Assembly (NCBI GenBank): GCA_016748015.1
Contig: JAAOMT010000061.1
Location: 124,001-188,000 of the forward strand
DNA length: 64,000 nt
Direction of reading: 5' to 3'
From: Geosiphon pyriformis uo1
Lineage: Eukaryota > Fungi > Glomeromycota
A program made the translations under genes and the position numbers. Below, one piece after another: positions 1 through 13,500 of this stretch; within the stretch, counting starts at the first letter, position 1; each line of letters starts with the position of its first letter. The notes beneath the pieces were generated by a model. The model was not told the DNA's origin. It did not search any database and saw only the letters and a program-made list of their open reading frames with translations.

Positions 1-1220
1 AAAGCAGCCAATTTGGAAGCCTCATTTTCAAAACAAATAATAGTGCATCTATCATGCACATATGAGCTAGGATTATGGCCAATGAAACACGTTTTTCCAT
101 CATAAGACTCCAACAAGTCCACTAAATCATGAGCAGTCGTACCAATTGGAAGAGTGTAGAGCAAAGTCTGATAATAGTCCCTTAATACTCATGTCTGTCT
201 GTTACCAACAACCAAAGCTACTCACACAGAATCTTTTCCCACAAGAACAGATCATTTAGAAGCAACCAAACGAGCAACCTCAGCCGACTCAAATTCAATG
301 ACAGCTTTTTGCCACAAACCAATCAACTGTATCTTGATAGAATTAATCACACCAAACTTAGAAAACACTGCCTCAATTGCCAATTTTGGGAAATTGACAG
401 GAATTTTTTTGACAATTACTTCCCAATCCAAACTAATGTTTACTTTCTTAAAATCACTGTTGACACTAATATTTTCATTGACCACTATTAATTTGGCCTT
501 ATTCAAACTAGATTCACTTGTGAATATTGATCTTATAATTTCAGGAAGTTTTGAGAGAGTCGAAGCCCCTTCAAAGCCATTAATACAATAAAAAATTTTT
601 TTAATTGAAATCAGCTTATTACTATTAGTCTTTCCAAGCACATTTGACAACTCTACATCTAAGGCGAATGATTTAACTGGTCCAAAGGCACGACGTACCA
701 AAACACGTGAAATCACAAATAGCAGCCAATTGGATCCAGTGAATTTAGCTCCAGGAAGCACCATCTCAAAATTGTCATTACTCATGCTTGTGAAGCAAAT
801 CGCCTTAAGCGGCTGTTCCAAAATAAAAGTTCTTGTATGCGTTTTCCTAGGAGTTGCATTGTCTTCTATTTTATCAGTCTCAGAAGCATTGGGATCCACA
901 TAACTCATCTTTTCAGCAACCATGTTTTCCAAATTCTCAATATCTGACACTTTACTAACACCTGCCTCTTTACTATCCACCTCGCTACCTCAAGATTTCT
1001 GCAGTCCAATACCATCACTATGCAGCATACCCACTGAAAACAAGCTGGCCTATGAGTCCACAATACCACTAGAGACACCAGGTAACTTTGTTTTCTTGTA
1101 TGAAGGACCATGTAAGTATACACTCTCAACATGCGCTTTAATCTTTTTGCTGTCAGATCGGGATCCCAATCCAGCTGAACTCAAACCCGAAGCACCAGCA
1201 AAAGAGCCCACTAGATCCAT
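1..1220 (-). pseudogene. LINE A ORF1 (RRM-type nucleic-acid-binding protein), interrupted by premature stops
   Basis: ATG at 1220 (MDLVGSFAGASGLSSAG...) is in frame with ORF 252..980 but separated from it by a TAG; further stops downstream. Confidence 0.75.
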
Positions 1221-1310
1221 AGGCACAAATAGAGGTACATTTAAAGAAATAACAAAAAAGACAAAGGGAAAAAAGGGTAAGGAAAGCTATCTCTTCGACA
1301 ACTTCAAGCT
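1..1310 (-). mobile_element. LINE A: 5' part of a non-LTR retrotransposon (5' UTR + ORF1), continues beyond the window start
   Basis: ORF 252..980 carries the ORF1 motifs shared by the other LINEs here (KSFALD, INGFEGAST, KIQLIGLWQKAVIEF); a pyrimidine-rich 5' UTR lies at about 1230-1310. Confidence 0.85.
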
Positions 1311-1469
1311 TTGTATAAATTAAAACACAATTATAATATAAATCAATTTAATTTTAATGATAATATTAAAAATTAATAAAAACTATCTATTTAAAAAAAA
1401 TCTTAATAATTAATAATAATTTTTTAAATACTATTAAATTAATAATATTTTTAAAAATTAAAAACAAAA

Positions 1470-2050
1470 ATGTTTTAGTTTTTATTTTATTGGTTCAATT
1501 TTTATGATTATATAATTTAATATTATTATTAGTTAAAATTATATATTAAAATATATTTTGTTTTGTTTTTAAAACCAGTAAAAATTAATTGAAATTTATT
1601 ATATTAGACAATATAAAAAGAGTATTTTAAATATCTTGTAAAATTAGAAACAATACTTTTAAAAAAAATATTGTCTTATTTTTTTCGTTTTTTTGGTTAT
1701 TAATAATAGTAAAAAAAAGTTTTTTTTTAATTATTAGTTTATAATTAAAAATTTTAAAAGCTTTTTATAATTATAAAAATTATATTAGAATTGTTTTTAA
1801 TGTATTATATAAAAAAATTTTAAATAAAAAAACTTTTATTTAAAATCAATAAAAGTAATTTATTAATAATTAAAAACTGTTTTATGTTTTTATTATTTAA
1901 AAAAGTGATTTAATAAAATACTATTTTGTTATTTTTATTATAAAAAAGTTTTAAATTAATAATATTAAAAAACTATAAAAAAATTAAAACTTATTTTTTT
2001 TTTTTATTTATTTTAATTATAATTCCAAAAAATACAAAAAATAAAGTTTT
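1470..2050 (-). repeat. Extremely AT-rich degenerate repeat, inverted copy of 7745-8465
   Basis: Reverse complement aligns by eye with 7745-8465, e.g. tttaaataaaagttttt.ttatttaaaattttt and aattaattttta.tggttttaaaaa.aaaacaaa. Confidence 0.6.
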
Positions 2051-2414
2051 ATTTATATTTAATACATAATTATATTTTATAAAAATAATTAGTAATTAAA
2101 TTATATTTTTCAATATAACAAAAAATAATATAATGTTTAATCAATAATAAAATTTATAAAATTTTTATATTCAAGTTTTAATTAAAATAATAAATACAAA
2201 AAATAATATATACAATAAAAATTATTACAAGTTTTAATAACAGCTTAAAAATTAGATTATTAAAAAAACAAATATAGCCTAAAAAAAGATTTTCAGAAAT
2301 ATTTAAACAGTTGCAATTAAAAAATAACATATAAACACAACCAATATAATTCAACATTGTTTAAAAGTTACTAATTTTATGATTAAAATTAATATAATAA
2401 TGATAATTTAAAAT

Positions 2415-2487
2415 GACCGTGTAGATCAGTGGATAGATCGTCTGCCTCCGGAGCAGAAGGTCGCAGGTTCGAACCCTGCCTCGGTCG
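2415..2487 (+). tRNA. tRNA-Arg(CCG), intronless
   Basis: Cloverleaf: acceptor GACCGTG/CTCGGTC (one T-T mismatch), D stem GATC/GATC, anticodon stem TCTGC/GCAGA with loop CT-CCG-GA, T arm GCAGG-TTCGAAC-CCTGC, discriminator G. Confidence 0.95.
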
Positions 2488-4310
2488 CGTGTCTTTGACA
2501 AATGGATTATGGTAAACCTTAGTATATAATAATATTACTATCTTTGTAAAAAAGTAATTAACCTAGAATCTTCTTAATTAAAAAAACGTAAATTGATAAA
2601 ACTATTTCTGATTTTGAATAACATATTTTACAACTCATTTATTTGCCAATACCGCTATTTCCCAACGACATTTTCCTGAATTGAAATTTTTAAATGGGAC
2701 GTGCTGCGTCATGGCAAAAAAGGTGATAACGATCCGATCCTACCTCCGCAGATCTAACTCCGTAACCCATACGATCTGTAAAATGTAGATCGGTATAGCA
2801 TTATAAAACTTTCGCTTGACTTTACGTTATTCAATTCTTAGCGTTAATAAGTATTAAATATGAAACACAAACACAGGTATATCTAATTCTCTTAATATTA
2901 CGATCTGTTATATCATGAACAATAGTTTGTAGAGGAGGAATCCAAGTAATAATTAATTTTGAGGTGCTAATAACGTTCCTTTCATTAAAGGTTTAATTAT
3001 TGAAATTGGAAAAGGGTTTTTTATAATTAAGCCAAGGGGTGAGTTAGTTGGTGGACAATCAAAAGAAACAAATTAATTAAATATTTTTAATTATTAAAAA
3101 ATAAATATATAGAATAGCTCTTACATTTAAAGAGTAAAATTTATTTTTTTTATTTCAAGATTAATTTACTAATATTTAAAAAAAAGTGTTTTTTTTTTAA
3201 AAAACTGATGTATTTTTTCAAAAGCAATTATATAAATAAACCAAAAATAATATGCTTTTATTAAGTGTGCTTTATATTTTTGAAAAGCATAAAAAAATAG
3301 TAAATAATTAAATCTTATTTATAAATAATTCAATTTTTTAATAGTATTAAAACTTTGTTTTTTTCTAATTAACATTGTTTTTATGAGATAAAATTTAATG
3401 TTTTATTTTTTCAAAGCAGTTTTTGTATAATATATTCATTTTTTCACAATATAAACAAAATTTAAAAAATAATTCATGTAGATTTCGATTGTTGTTTAAA
3501 TTTGAAAATAAATAAAAAAATTAAATTAAATTAAACCCAAATTTTTTTTAGTTTTTTAAAAATTTTTTATTATTATTATATTAAATTGTTTGTATAAATA
3601 ACAAAAAAAATTTAATATTATGAAATTTTACATTAAAATTAATTAATTAATGTTTTTTATTTTAAAAAATCTAATAATATTTTTTGGATCATAAAATTAC
3701 TAAAATATAATTAATCGAAATAATAAGTAATAATATACTCAATTTAAAAATTGACAAAAATACTTATATTTATAATACAAATCAACATTTTTACTAATAT
3801 GACTTACACTTCAATTTCGTATCGTTTTCTAATTAAGGTTTTTATCGCTATTTATTGAAATCACCCCAAAACATTTAAACAAGTCAAGGACAAGGAAAAC
3901 ATTCACATCTTTCCTGTTTTAGAAAGCTCGTGATCGCACGGGACGGCACTAGACAACAGTTTTGTGCCTCTGGTATAACCATGACTAAAAAAAATAGGGA
4001 AAATAGTCGGACCTTGAATGCCAAACCGGTGAAACGGCAATGTTGTACCTGCCAAGTTATATATCACCGCATAATTTTATTTGGTAAAAAAAAGTGAAAA
4101 GTAGTTTCATTGTGTGAACTTGTTTTAGGCTTTGAGGCACCGCTCTCAAAAAGCTATACTTCTCACCAGCCCACTCTATGAACCTACAATTTGGAAGTTA
4201 ATAGATTTATATTTTTCCCCACTTGTATAGATAAAAGAGCTTTAAAAACACCTACTCTCAAAAACTTGAGAAACAAACGTTAAAACTTTATTTTGTATAA
4301 AAAGTTCCTC

Positions 4311-5665
4311 ATGATTTCAAAAGCTAACCCTCTTTTCGGGTTGAGTACCCTAATTCTTTCTTTGTTTCTTTGCATGTTTGTCGCTTCCGAGTCGCTGCTG
4401 GTTGGCATGGCACAAGCTAAAAATGAACCACCAAACTCTACAAAATTATTATTCCTATCAGAGTTCGTCAAACTATTTCGTAAGTATTTTTTTTTTGGAA
4501 AAAACAAGGGAAAAGAAAGAAAGAAAGAAAGAGATGTGCTTTTTTGAGCTTCCTCAATAAGTTTTTTTTAAACTTCAGGGATACGAGCCTTAGATAGTCA
4601 TCTGATCAATAACTTGAGCTCAGTAAATATTAACTTTAAAAATGATTTTTTTATTATCTAGTTTCAATTATATTCCTAGCGATTGAACTTGGTTGTTTTT
4701 CTACCAATAAAACCTTAACAAGATATTCTAAAATCGGCAAAGAACACCAAACAACTGGGCTTATTTCTTTGATATGGCAACTTTTGAAACCATTATTACG
4801 TGATCTTTCGACTGTATTCACATCATCCACAACATTACTATTTGGAATTCCAGCATTAGCATATTTTGTGAACAATAATTTAACATTCATAATATTGAGC
4901 ATGATGGATCCACCAACCTTCACGGTTCTAAGTAACCTCAAGATTCTTACGACTGGATTCTTTTCATATATATTTTTAAAACGACAATTGAGTTCACTTC
5001 AATGGGTATCATTAGGATTACTATTCTTTGGTACAACCGTCGCCCAAATTAATTTTGACACCAACGGCTCGCTCAATCTAACCACATCGACATTGGGTTT
5101 TCTGCTGACCGTTGTCTTCTCTTCGATATCAGCTGGTGCATCAGTCTTCACTGAATTCGTAATGAAAGATAAATTTGGAAACGAATCAATTCATCTTCAA
5201 AATATCAAACTTTACCTTTTTGGGGTTTTCTTTAATGGATCTGTTTATTTCTCACAATCTTTTTCATCAGATTCTGGTTTCTTTAGTTCACTGCGTCTCA
5301 TACATTTTTTTATAATAATGGTACTTTGTTCGATGGGTTTAGTTACATCTGCGATTATCAAATATGCTGGAAGTATAACGAAAGTTTACGCTGGCTCGAT
5401 GGCAATGTTCTTTTCGACTTTAGTCAGTTATTTCTTTCTTAATTATCGACCAACAAACTGGTTTTTCGCCGGAGCTTTGATGTGTTGTCTTGCAGTGCAT
5501 ATTTATTCAACGAGCTCAGTTGTAAAAACTGACCATCAACCATCATTGTTGAGTCACATCACTGATGATGATGATGATGATTATGAAAACATCATTGTTG
5601 TTGCTGATGATGACCAATATTCACGATTAGCAGATTATTCAGATAAAGAAAAAGCCATTTCATAA
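4311..5665 (+). CDS. Nucleotide-sugar transporter, SLC35A family (UDP-galactose/CMP-sialic acid transporter-like), two exons 4311-4479 and 4662-5665, about 390 aa
   Basis: GT-AG intron 4480-4661 (GTAAGT donor, TTAAC branch-like site near 4630, CTAG acceptor) joins SEFVKLF to LSIIFLAIE in frame. Family motifs: IPALAYFVNNNL, SNLKILTTG, LSSLQW, ASVFTEFVMK, SIHLQNIKLY, GLVTSAIIKYA. Multiple TM segments and an acidic C-tail. Confidence 0.88.
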
Positions 5666-7744
5666 TTAAGGGCCGATTAGACACCAGCAATATAATCGCA
5701 TGAACGAAGTTAAATTTTAGGAATGTGATTTCATCATTCCGAACAAAATCCTAATTTGTTGCCAATAATGAAGATAAACAATAAAAGAATTTGAAAATTT
5801 TTGATGATACTCATTGAGGGTACTAGCTAACTTTATTTTGTACAATAACTATCAAATATTTAGGAATTGTTAATGAGGTTTGCTTGTCTGAGTTAGAAAT
5901 CATTTTAGCCCTAAATGGGCTAAGAACATAAAATAATAATAGACCTGAGCTTTTCTGGTGGATAGTACTTATTTGTAAAATGGAAACTGATCAACATAGA
6001 AATTTAAGAAGGGATTATTTAAAGGAAGCGATTTAATAATAATAATTTTATTATAAATATATTGATAAAGTATAATTAAAATCAATAACAAATATGCTTA
6101 ATTAAATATTAGATTGTTGTTGAGATTTTAAAAAATCAGTGGCAAAGAATTTTTTCAAACAACTGATTTACAAATAAAAATTTGATGAAAGTCCTTTCTC
6201 TTAGCAAACTCCCTATCACATTTCAAAAATTAGAGTTGCTTTTGTTGTTAATAATTTGAATCTTTTAGATTGATTATTAATCATGTTACCTTTATGAACA
6301 TTTTGTCTTTGCATTGAATGAATCCTTTCATATCGATTCAAACATAAATGATTTCCGGTTTCGGCTTGGTTTGCTATTCATTTTCAAAGAAGTTTTGTGT
6401 TATGGGTTTCTATGGAAGGCTGTGTCAGTCTGGATTTATTAAATTGGTTGATAAAGTGGTACGAATAATCAGTATATCCACACTTTTTTTGGTTATCCAA
6501 ACTACATAAATATAAAGTGGTACATGTTATAATTTACATAAAAATATTATTTCTCAAATATCGCAATTGAGAAGGTGATACTTTTTTGCGACTATCTCGT
6601 ATTACCTATTACAATTGTTCTGGGCTCAGCTTTAAAAAACCCAGTTTTTTCTCTACAAACAAACAAATAAATTAATAAATAAATAAATAAATAACAAATG
6701 GCGCTGATTGTTCTAAATCATTTACCAATACTTGGTAATAGAATGTCTTGAGGTCATTTCTATACGGATTAATGTTTCTTTTTATTTTCCGAACAAAGTT
6801 AACTCTGACTCCTCAATCACTTAATAAATTTTTTCCTGCCTAAATATATGAAAACCAAATAATCTTTTGGTTCTTTGTCTCACTTTTTATAAAATCCTAA
6901 ATAAAATAACATTATTGGAAAAATTAAAAATATACTACCAACTGTTTTCCCAATTTGTTCAAGTCGGATTTTTATGCTATCCAAAATAATATGACTGATA
7001 TCCTCATTGTAACATCAATTGGTAATAAGGAAAAAGCAATTTAATGAGAATCGTGCCAAAAATCGTTACTTTTCAATTTCGGAGTCTAAATATCTTTATT
7101 ACAATATTTATTTCAAACGCTTTTATCTATTTCACCGCACTCATGTTACTCCTTAAAAAAACAAAATTGGATCATATTTTATTAGAACGAAAATTCAATG
7201 ATTAAATGTTATGTGATTATGTGATTTATTTTATCTTTTAATCACATGAATAGGTAATCTTACCTCATAACTTGTTATGTTTGTTTTTTTAAGTTTTCAA
7301 CAAAAATAACCACTGTTTTAATTACCATATTTTATATGCAATCTTAAATTTTATACAATCTTTAAAGAAATTGTCTTGTGGTAAATTACTGGTTAAAAAC
7401 AATTAACATAAATAAACCCATTTTTCCAATATCTGTTTTGTTTTCATATTAATGAAAATATTAATAATTTTAAAATTTCATAAAATAATTAACCAATAAT
7501 TAAATTGTCAACTTTGCAAAAATAAAAATATTATTATATTAATATATAATGATACATGTTAATAGAATATAAAAAAACATGTTTTTATTTTATTTATTTT
7601 GCGAAAATTTAATAAACAATTAATTTGTGTTGTATTTAAAAATTAAATAATCTTAATAATACAAAATAATTAATTAAATAAAAATATTGGAAATCCAATT
7701 TTTTTTAATTATATAATAATACTATTTTTATATAATAATAGTAA

Positions 7745-8465
7745 AAAAAACTTTTTTTTTTGTGTTTTTATGATTACAATCAAAGCAAAGAATAAAAAAA
7801 AGCAAATTCTATTTTTTTATTGTTTTTAATAGTTTTAATCAAAAGGTTTTTTTAAATGTAAAAACAAATAAACAATATTTTTTTGAAGTGTTTTTTTAAA
7901 TATTAAAAACATAAAGGGTTATTAATTGTTAAAAAAACACTCTTTTCGGCTTTAAATAAAAGTTTTTCTTTATTTAAAATTTTTTTCAAGTAATTAATTA
8001 AGACCAGTTTTAATATAATTACTATTATCTAAAATTTTTAACAACAAACCAATAATAAAACCATTTTTTTTTTTGCTATCTTTTTTGTTTCTATTCAAAT
8101 AACCAAAAAAATAAAAAATAACCAATTTTTTAAATATTATTTAATATATTACTTTTAAATTAAAACTTGTTTTTTTTATAAAAAATAAAGTAATAGATTT
8201 ATTTGGTTTTTTAATATTTATATTAGTTTTGTTATAATTATACTAATTATAATATTTAATCTAAATTTGACAATTTTTTTTATTTATACAATAATAATAA
8301 TAATATATATACCAAAATTGGCTTTAATTAACATATAACTAAATTGTTTAATATATTAAATTTTAATTAATTTTTATTGGTTTTAAAAATAAAACAAATT
8401 ATGTTTTTATATATAATTTTAATTAAACAACTTATTAAATTATTTTATCTTAAAAATTGAATTGT
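7745..8465 (+). repeat. Extremely AT-rich degenerate repeat, homologous (inverted) to 1470-2050
   Basis: Shared blocks with the reverse complement of 1470-2050; the left copy has an internal deletion of about 130 bp. Confidence 0.6.
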
Positions 8466-8746
8466 TTTTTTTTTGTTTTTTAATAATACTATTAGTTTTA
8501 ATATTAATATTATTAAATATTATTAAATTATTTTTATAATATTTATTATTAATTAATATATATTATTATTTATTATTATTAAATTAGTATATAAAAAAAA
8601 AGTAAAACTTTTTTCTTTCTTTTGTTTAAAATTCTCAAAAAGAATTAAAAAGTTTTTTTAAAAAAAGTTTTTTTACCATTCAGTATAATAAATCCAAACC
8701 ATTTTTGCTTAATTATAAGACTATTGTTGGTCTTAGTATTACTGTT

Positions 8747-10531
8747 ATGAAAAAGACTGTTAAGAATTCTGGCTTTGTTGATGGTTTCGAAACCATTTTG
8801 TCAAGAAAAAAAAGAAGAAATGGTGTTTTAGAAGATAGTGTTAGTAATAAAAAGAGTTTGGCTAAGATTTAAAGTGGTTATTTATAAAGTTCAAAGACTG
8901 GTAACACCACCAAGTCTGACAATATTGATATGAAAGAGGAATATTTAATGGAAAAAACCAGTTTTAATTATGGTAAAAGTGGCGCTCTTACTTATAGAAA
9001 TCTTAATCAAACACCTAAAAATTTGCATGTCAAAATTAAGAAGGCATTAGATAAACCATTGGGAAAGATTAATTTTTTAGATAGTAGTAATAATGATAAT
9101 GTTCTTTTGAATGTTCCACTAGAACTCCCTCCTTTCTTGAAAAATTTGGTCACTATCTTTGTTTACAAATCTTTTATTTTAGATATTGGGCTGGACAAAA
9201 TTGCTGAAAAAACATTTCAAAAGAAATATATGATGGTTAGGAAATTATTTTCAGGAATTAATAATTTTGAAGGGGCTTTTACTTCTTTAAAATTTGCTAA
9301 GATCATTAAAGTAATGTTTACTTCTGAATTAAGTTTGGCACAGATTTTTAAAAAGGCCAAAGATATAAAAATTATAGTAAACACCAATCTTAAAAAATCT
9401 ACTGGGCATTCAAATCAGGCTGTGGTGATAAAAAAAATTCCAATTAGAACATTGGCTGAAACTGTACATGCTGTGTTTTCCGAGTTTAGATTTATTAAGT
9501 TGATTAAAATACAACTGGTAAAGCTGTGGCAGAAAGCTGTAATTAAATTTGATAATGTAGATTATGCTGATTTGGTTGCAGCAAAGTGGTCTATCTTAAT
9601 TAGAAAAGATATAGTTTGTATTACTAGGGCTAATATGAACAAAAAATCATGAAATGCAAGGGATAGTTATAAGACATTGTTATATATATTACTAGTGGAA
9701 ACAAATACACATAATATCTAAGACTTCATTGGGTTAGTTAATGATAAAACTTGTGTCATTAATTGTCATCTGGTTATATATGTTTGATCTAGATATGCTG
9801 TAGTGTGTTTTGACTCTGCTAAATCACTTGATGCTGTCATGGGAACCACTTCAGTTCTAAAGAATACCAATCTGTGCTGGTCTTAACTGAGTTTTTCCAA
9901 ATGTGCTAAATATGAGAAAATAAGACATATATTATTAAACTGTTCTATAAGTAGGAATTTTACCTCTGGTAAACTATTGTACAAAGTACTATCAGACATA
10001 AATAAAAGCAGATTGGCAGTCATTTATGCCAAACACTTAACACCAATTGCTCTTTCTGTTTTTTTTGGTGGTATCTCTTGGGCAAAAGTTGTTGGTGGGT
10101 CTTCTTTCCCCCTTATTTTTACTGGTAATGGTTTGTCAGGTTTTGGCTCCTCTTTAAAGATAAAGTCTATCTCACTAGTGTTTATGAAACTAAATAATAG
10201 ATTTGCCACTCTTGAGCACAGTCTCACCAGTCTTGCAAAGTATGTTGATAAGCTGGCTAAAAAATTGAACACACTTAGGCCAACAGTTTTTCAGTTTAAT
10301 CTTGGATGTTAGCTATTGGTAATTCTTTTATTACAGAATCAAGAGATGAATATAGTAATAAGTGAGAGTTCAGGTATGGCCATTAGTAATAAGACTGTTG
10401 TGGAAACAATGGTTTTTAATCAATCTGTAATTTCAAAATTGGAAGTAACTTTGAATAATCTCTCAGTTACTGTTATGAGCCTAATAACTAAAGTATACAA
10501 TACTAGTTTGTCTGTTCTTTTTAATAATTGA
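8747..10531 (+). pseudogene. LINE B ORF1, fragmented
   Basis: ORFs 8930..9652, 9977..10312 and 10316..10531 are collinear pieces homologous to ORF1 of LINEs C and F. Confidence 0.75.
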
Positions 10532-13500
10532 TTTTGTCTAAAAAGTGGCTACATATAATATAAGGAGCATGAACAACCCTGTTAAGCAAGCAGATGTTAT
10601 TCAATGGCACAAGAATATAAACAATTTAATTTCAATTTTCACAGAAACAAAGCCAAAAAAAAAGTTTGCCCATGGATTATTAACAAATTTGATGGTATTT
10701 GTGTTTTCACTTCTGGTTTGGACTTTGGTTATCTGGATTCTGGTGTTACAATTGTCATAGATATTTTTTTAGCTAAGCATATGTATAAGATTTTAAAGAT
10801 ACCTGGTTAGCTTCTTTCTGTCAGACTTTTTTTCAAAAATAAACTTTCTGTTTCAATTTTGGGACTTTATGCTGGAGCTTCCATGGTTGTTTGTTTTTTT
10901 AAGCTAATGAAATCAATTTTTAGATAGTTAAGGCTGTTAATGAATCTTTTTTCATTATTCTGGGTGGTAATTTTAATAAAGATGATTTACACAAGTGTGC
11001 TAGTTTCAAAAAATGCTGTGGTTTGGGTTTGGCTAATTTTCTGTTAGGGAGTTTGGTTGAGAAAAGTCACACATAAAAGAATTTGAAAGGTGCTAAAAAA
11101 ACAATTAATTACGTGTTTGTTTCTTTAAACTTGGTTAATATAATAATATGTTGTGATGTTTTGTCTATTGGTGAATATTTTAACACTAATTATTGGGCTG
11201 TTTCTGTGTCAGTAGGTCTGGGTAAATTATTGAACACACAATTACACTTCCTTTGCAAACAAGCAAACAAAAATTGTTGGAAATTCAATTTTAAAGATGC
11301 TAGTAATGCCAAATGGACTAAGTTCAAAGATGCTATGACAGCAAATATAACTATGTTTTCTAATGAATTCTGTGTATCTAGAGAGCTTTCAGATTTGAAC
11401 ACAATATAAAATACTGTTCACAAAGCAGTATGTTTGTCAACTGAAGAGATTTTTAGAAAAAAGTAGTTTAAGAAATATGATAGTGTTTATACTAAGGAAT
11501 TATTCAGATTTCACAAGCTAGAACTTTTGGTGTCTAAGATTGTTAAGGTCTTTCATCAAGTGTTTTATGATAAGTTCATATTATTATTGGATACATGAGG
11601 TGGTCTTGATACTGTTAATGCCTTTGTGGTAAAGTTTTTATTTTTTTCAAAGTCTTATTTTAATGTTATTAAGTCTGCTTTGGCTAGAGTTAGGAAGTCT
11701 TATTACTCTTCTAAGATGATAGAATCAAAACATATTGAGAAGTTTCAGATTAAGTCTACAATTGATAAAAAGATAGAGGATTTTGAACTAAACAAGAGTC
11801 ATACTATTTAAAGTATATTGAAGCATTCTTTTTGCAGAATGGTGTTGGACCATTTGGTCATTAATAATAAACTGCTTCTGAAGTTTAATTAAGTCAAGAC
11901 AATAGTAGATATAATTATAAAAGACTGGACTTGGAGGCATATTATGGTTTTTGATCTCTTCAATAATTGGTTTCATCAGTATCAACTTTTGAATTATGTT
12001 TTTGATAATGCTTTTTCAAATGTAATATGTACAGTTAATTTTGATGAAATGTTCAATGTGATTTCTTTTCTGTCCAATAGGAAGACTGTTGGTCTTTTTA
12101 ACATCTCAAATGAATTGTGGAAATATTGCAACAAGTCTGTATTAGATATGGTTTTGATGCTTTTAAACTCTTGTTTGACTTGTGAGTTAGTACCTAATTC
12201 TTGGAAAGAGGCTTGGGTCTTAATAATTTTTAAACCATATGAGTAAAAAAATGTTCTTACAAATACCCAACCTATTGTCTTGATTGAAACAGCTCTTAAA
12301 ATTCTTCTCAAAATTTTTTCAGACAGAATTTCTTTGGCTTATAGCTCTTTTAATGTTTTCCATAAAGATAATTTTTCTATTCTAAAAAATACAATGATAC
12401 AGTCCCCTATTTTTGCTATTGGTTTAGTAATAAAAGATGTCTTAGAAAAAAACCATAAACTGTGACTGATTTTGTAAGACATGCATAAAGCTTATGATTT
12501 TATTAGATGGGAACATCTCAAGAAAAGTTTGATCAGAATTAAAATATGTGGCAGATTCATTAAACTTTTTGGTTATATTTATAATGGTCAAATTAATAGA
12601 GTTATGGCTGATTTTGGTTTAACTAATAGTTATTAGGTTTATGATGAGTTGGATTAGGGGGAAGTTTTCTCATCTCTTCTTTGATACATATTTTATGATC
12701 CACTTTTGTGTAAAGTTAAAAGACAGAAGAGTATATATGGTTATAGATTAAATTCTCATTTTGTTGCCAAAACTGGCTAAGCAAAATTTCTGGCTGAACT
12801 GATCTCTTTTTTTACTGCTGGTATGTTTATTGATAATACAATATGAGTTAATAATAGTCAGAATAACATATAGCACATTCTTAGTATTATTAGTAAATCT
12901 TTTAGGATTAATAACATTTCTATAAATAATAATAAGACAGTAGTTATTCTTATTAACTACAGAGTTGTGAGTTTATTTTTGTCTGTCAGTGGTATGCCTA
13001 TTTCTATTGCCAAAAAAAAAATCTCATTACTATTTGGGCATTTTTTTATTTTTTGAAGATTTGTTAAAATCTAGCTTGGCTAAAGCACATTCAGATATCT
13101 GGTTTTTTGCCAATCTTGTTTTGAAAAAAACAATTTCTAATAAACAGTTTTTATATTTAGTGTCAGCAGTTTTTTATTCCATTATCAGCTATAAGTCTCA
13201 ATTTAGTTTTATTTCTATTGGTATATATAATAAATAGAATACTTTAATTCACAAAGACTTAAAGTCTAAATCTGGTTTGCCACTTGATTTTTCCAATAAT
13301 GCTATACATTACTTCTCTTTATATGGTTTGAAGACCTTTAAACAAATTTAAGCAGAAAGCAAGTTGGCTTTTGTTGTTTATTTTGCAAATTCTAGTGGGG
13401 TTTTGGGTTATCTTTTTGTGTATAAATCACATAATCTACAGATGTTTAGCTGGCATCTATGCCACTCTCTGCTTTTTTTGGCTCATATTAATATCAATTC

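Noticed and set aside
298-1323. Plus-strand ORFs 298..591 and 922..1323, and similar antisense ORFs over other LINE/Ty3 coding regions
   Set aside because: Shadow frames opposite recognisable TE proteins, with no independent motifs.
2415-2487. Local tRNA-Arg as primer for the Ty3 elements
   Set aside because: Its 3' end would require the PBS TGGCGACCGAG; the observed PBS is TGGTGCTCCC.
4178-4310. Upstream ATG at 4178 or TTG at 4293 as the transporter start
   Set aside because: ATG 4311 already gives a complete TM1; no convincing splice joins 4178 to the frame.
6120-6500. Possible small minus-strand gene remnant downstream of the transporter
   Set aside because: Only short frames with stops and no recognisable motif.
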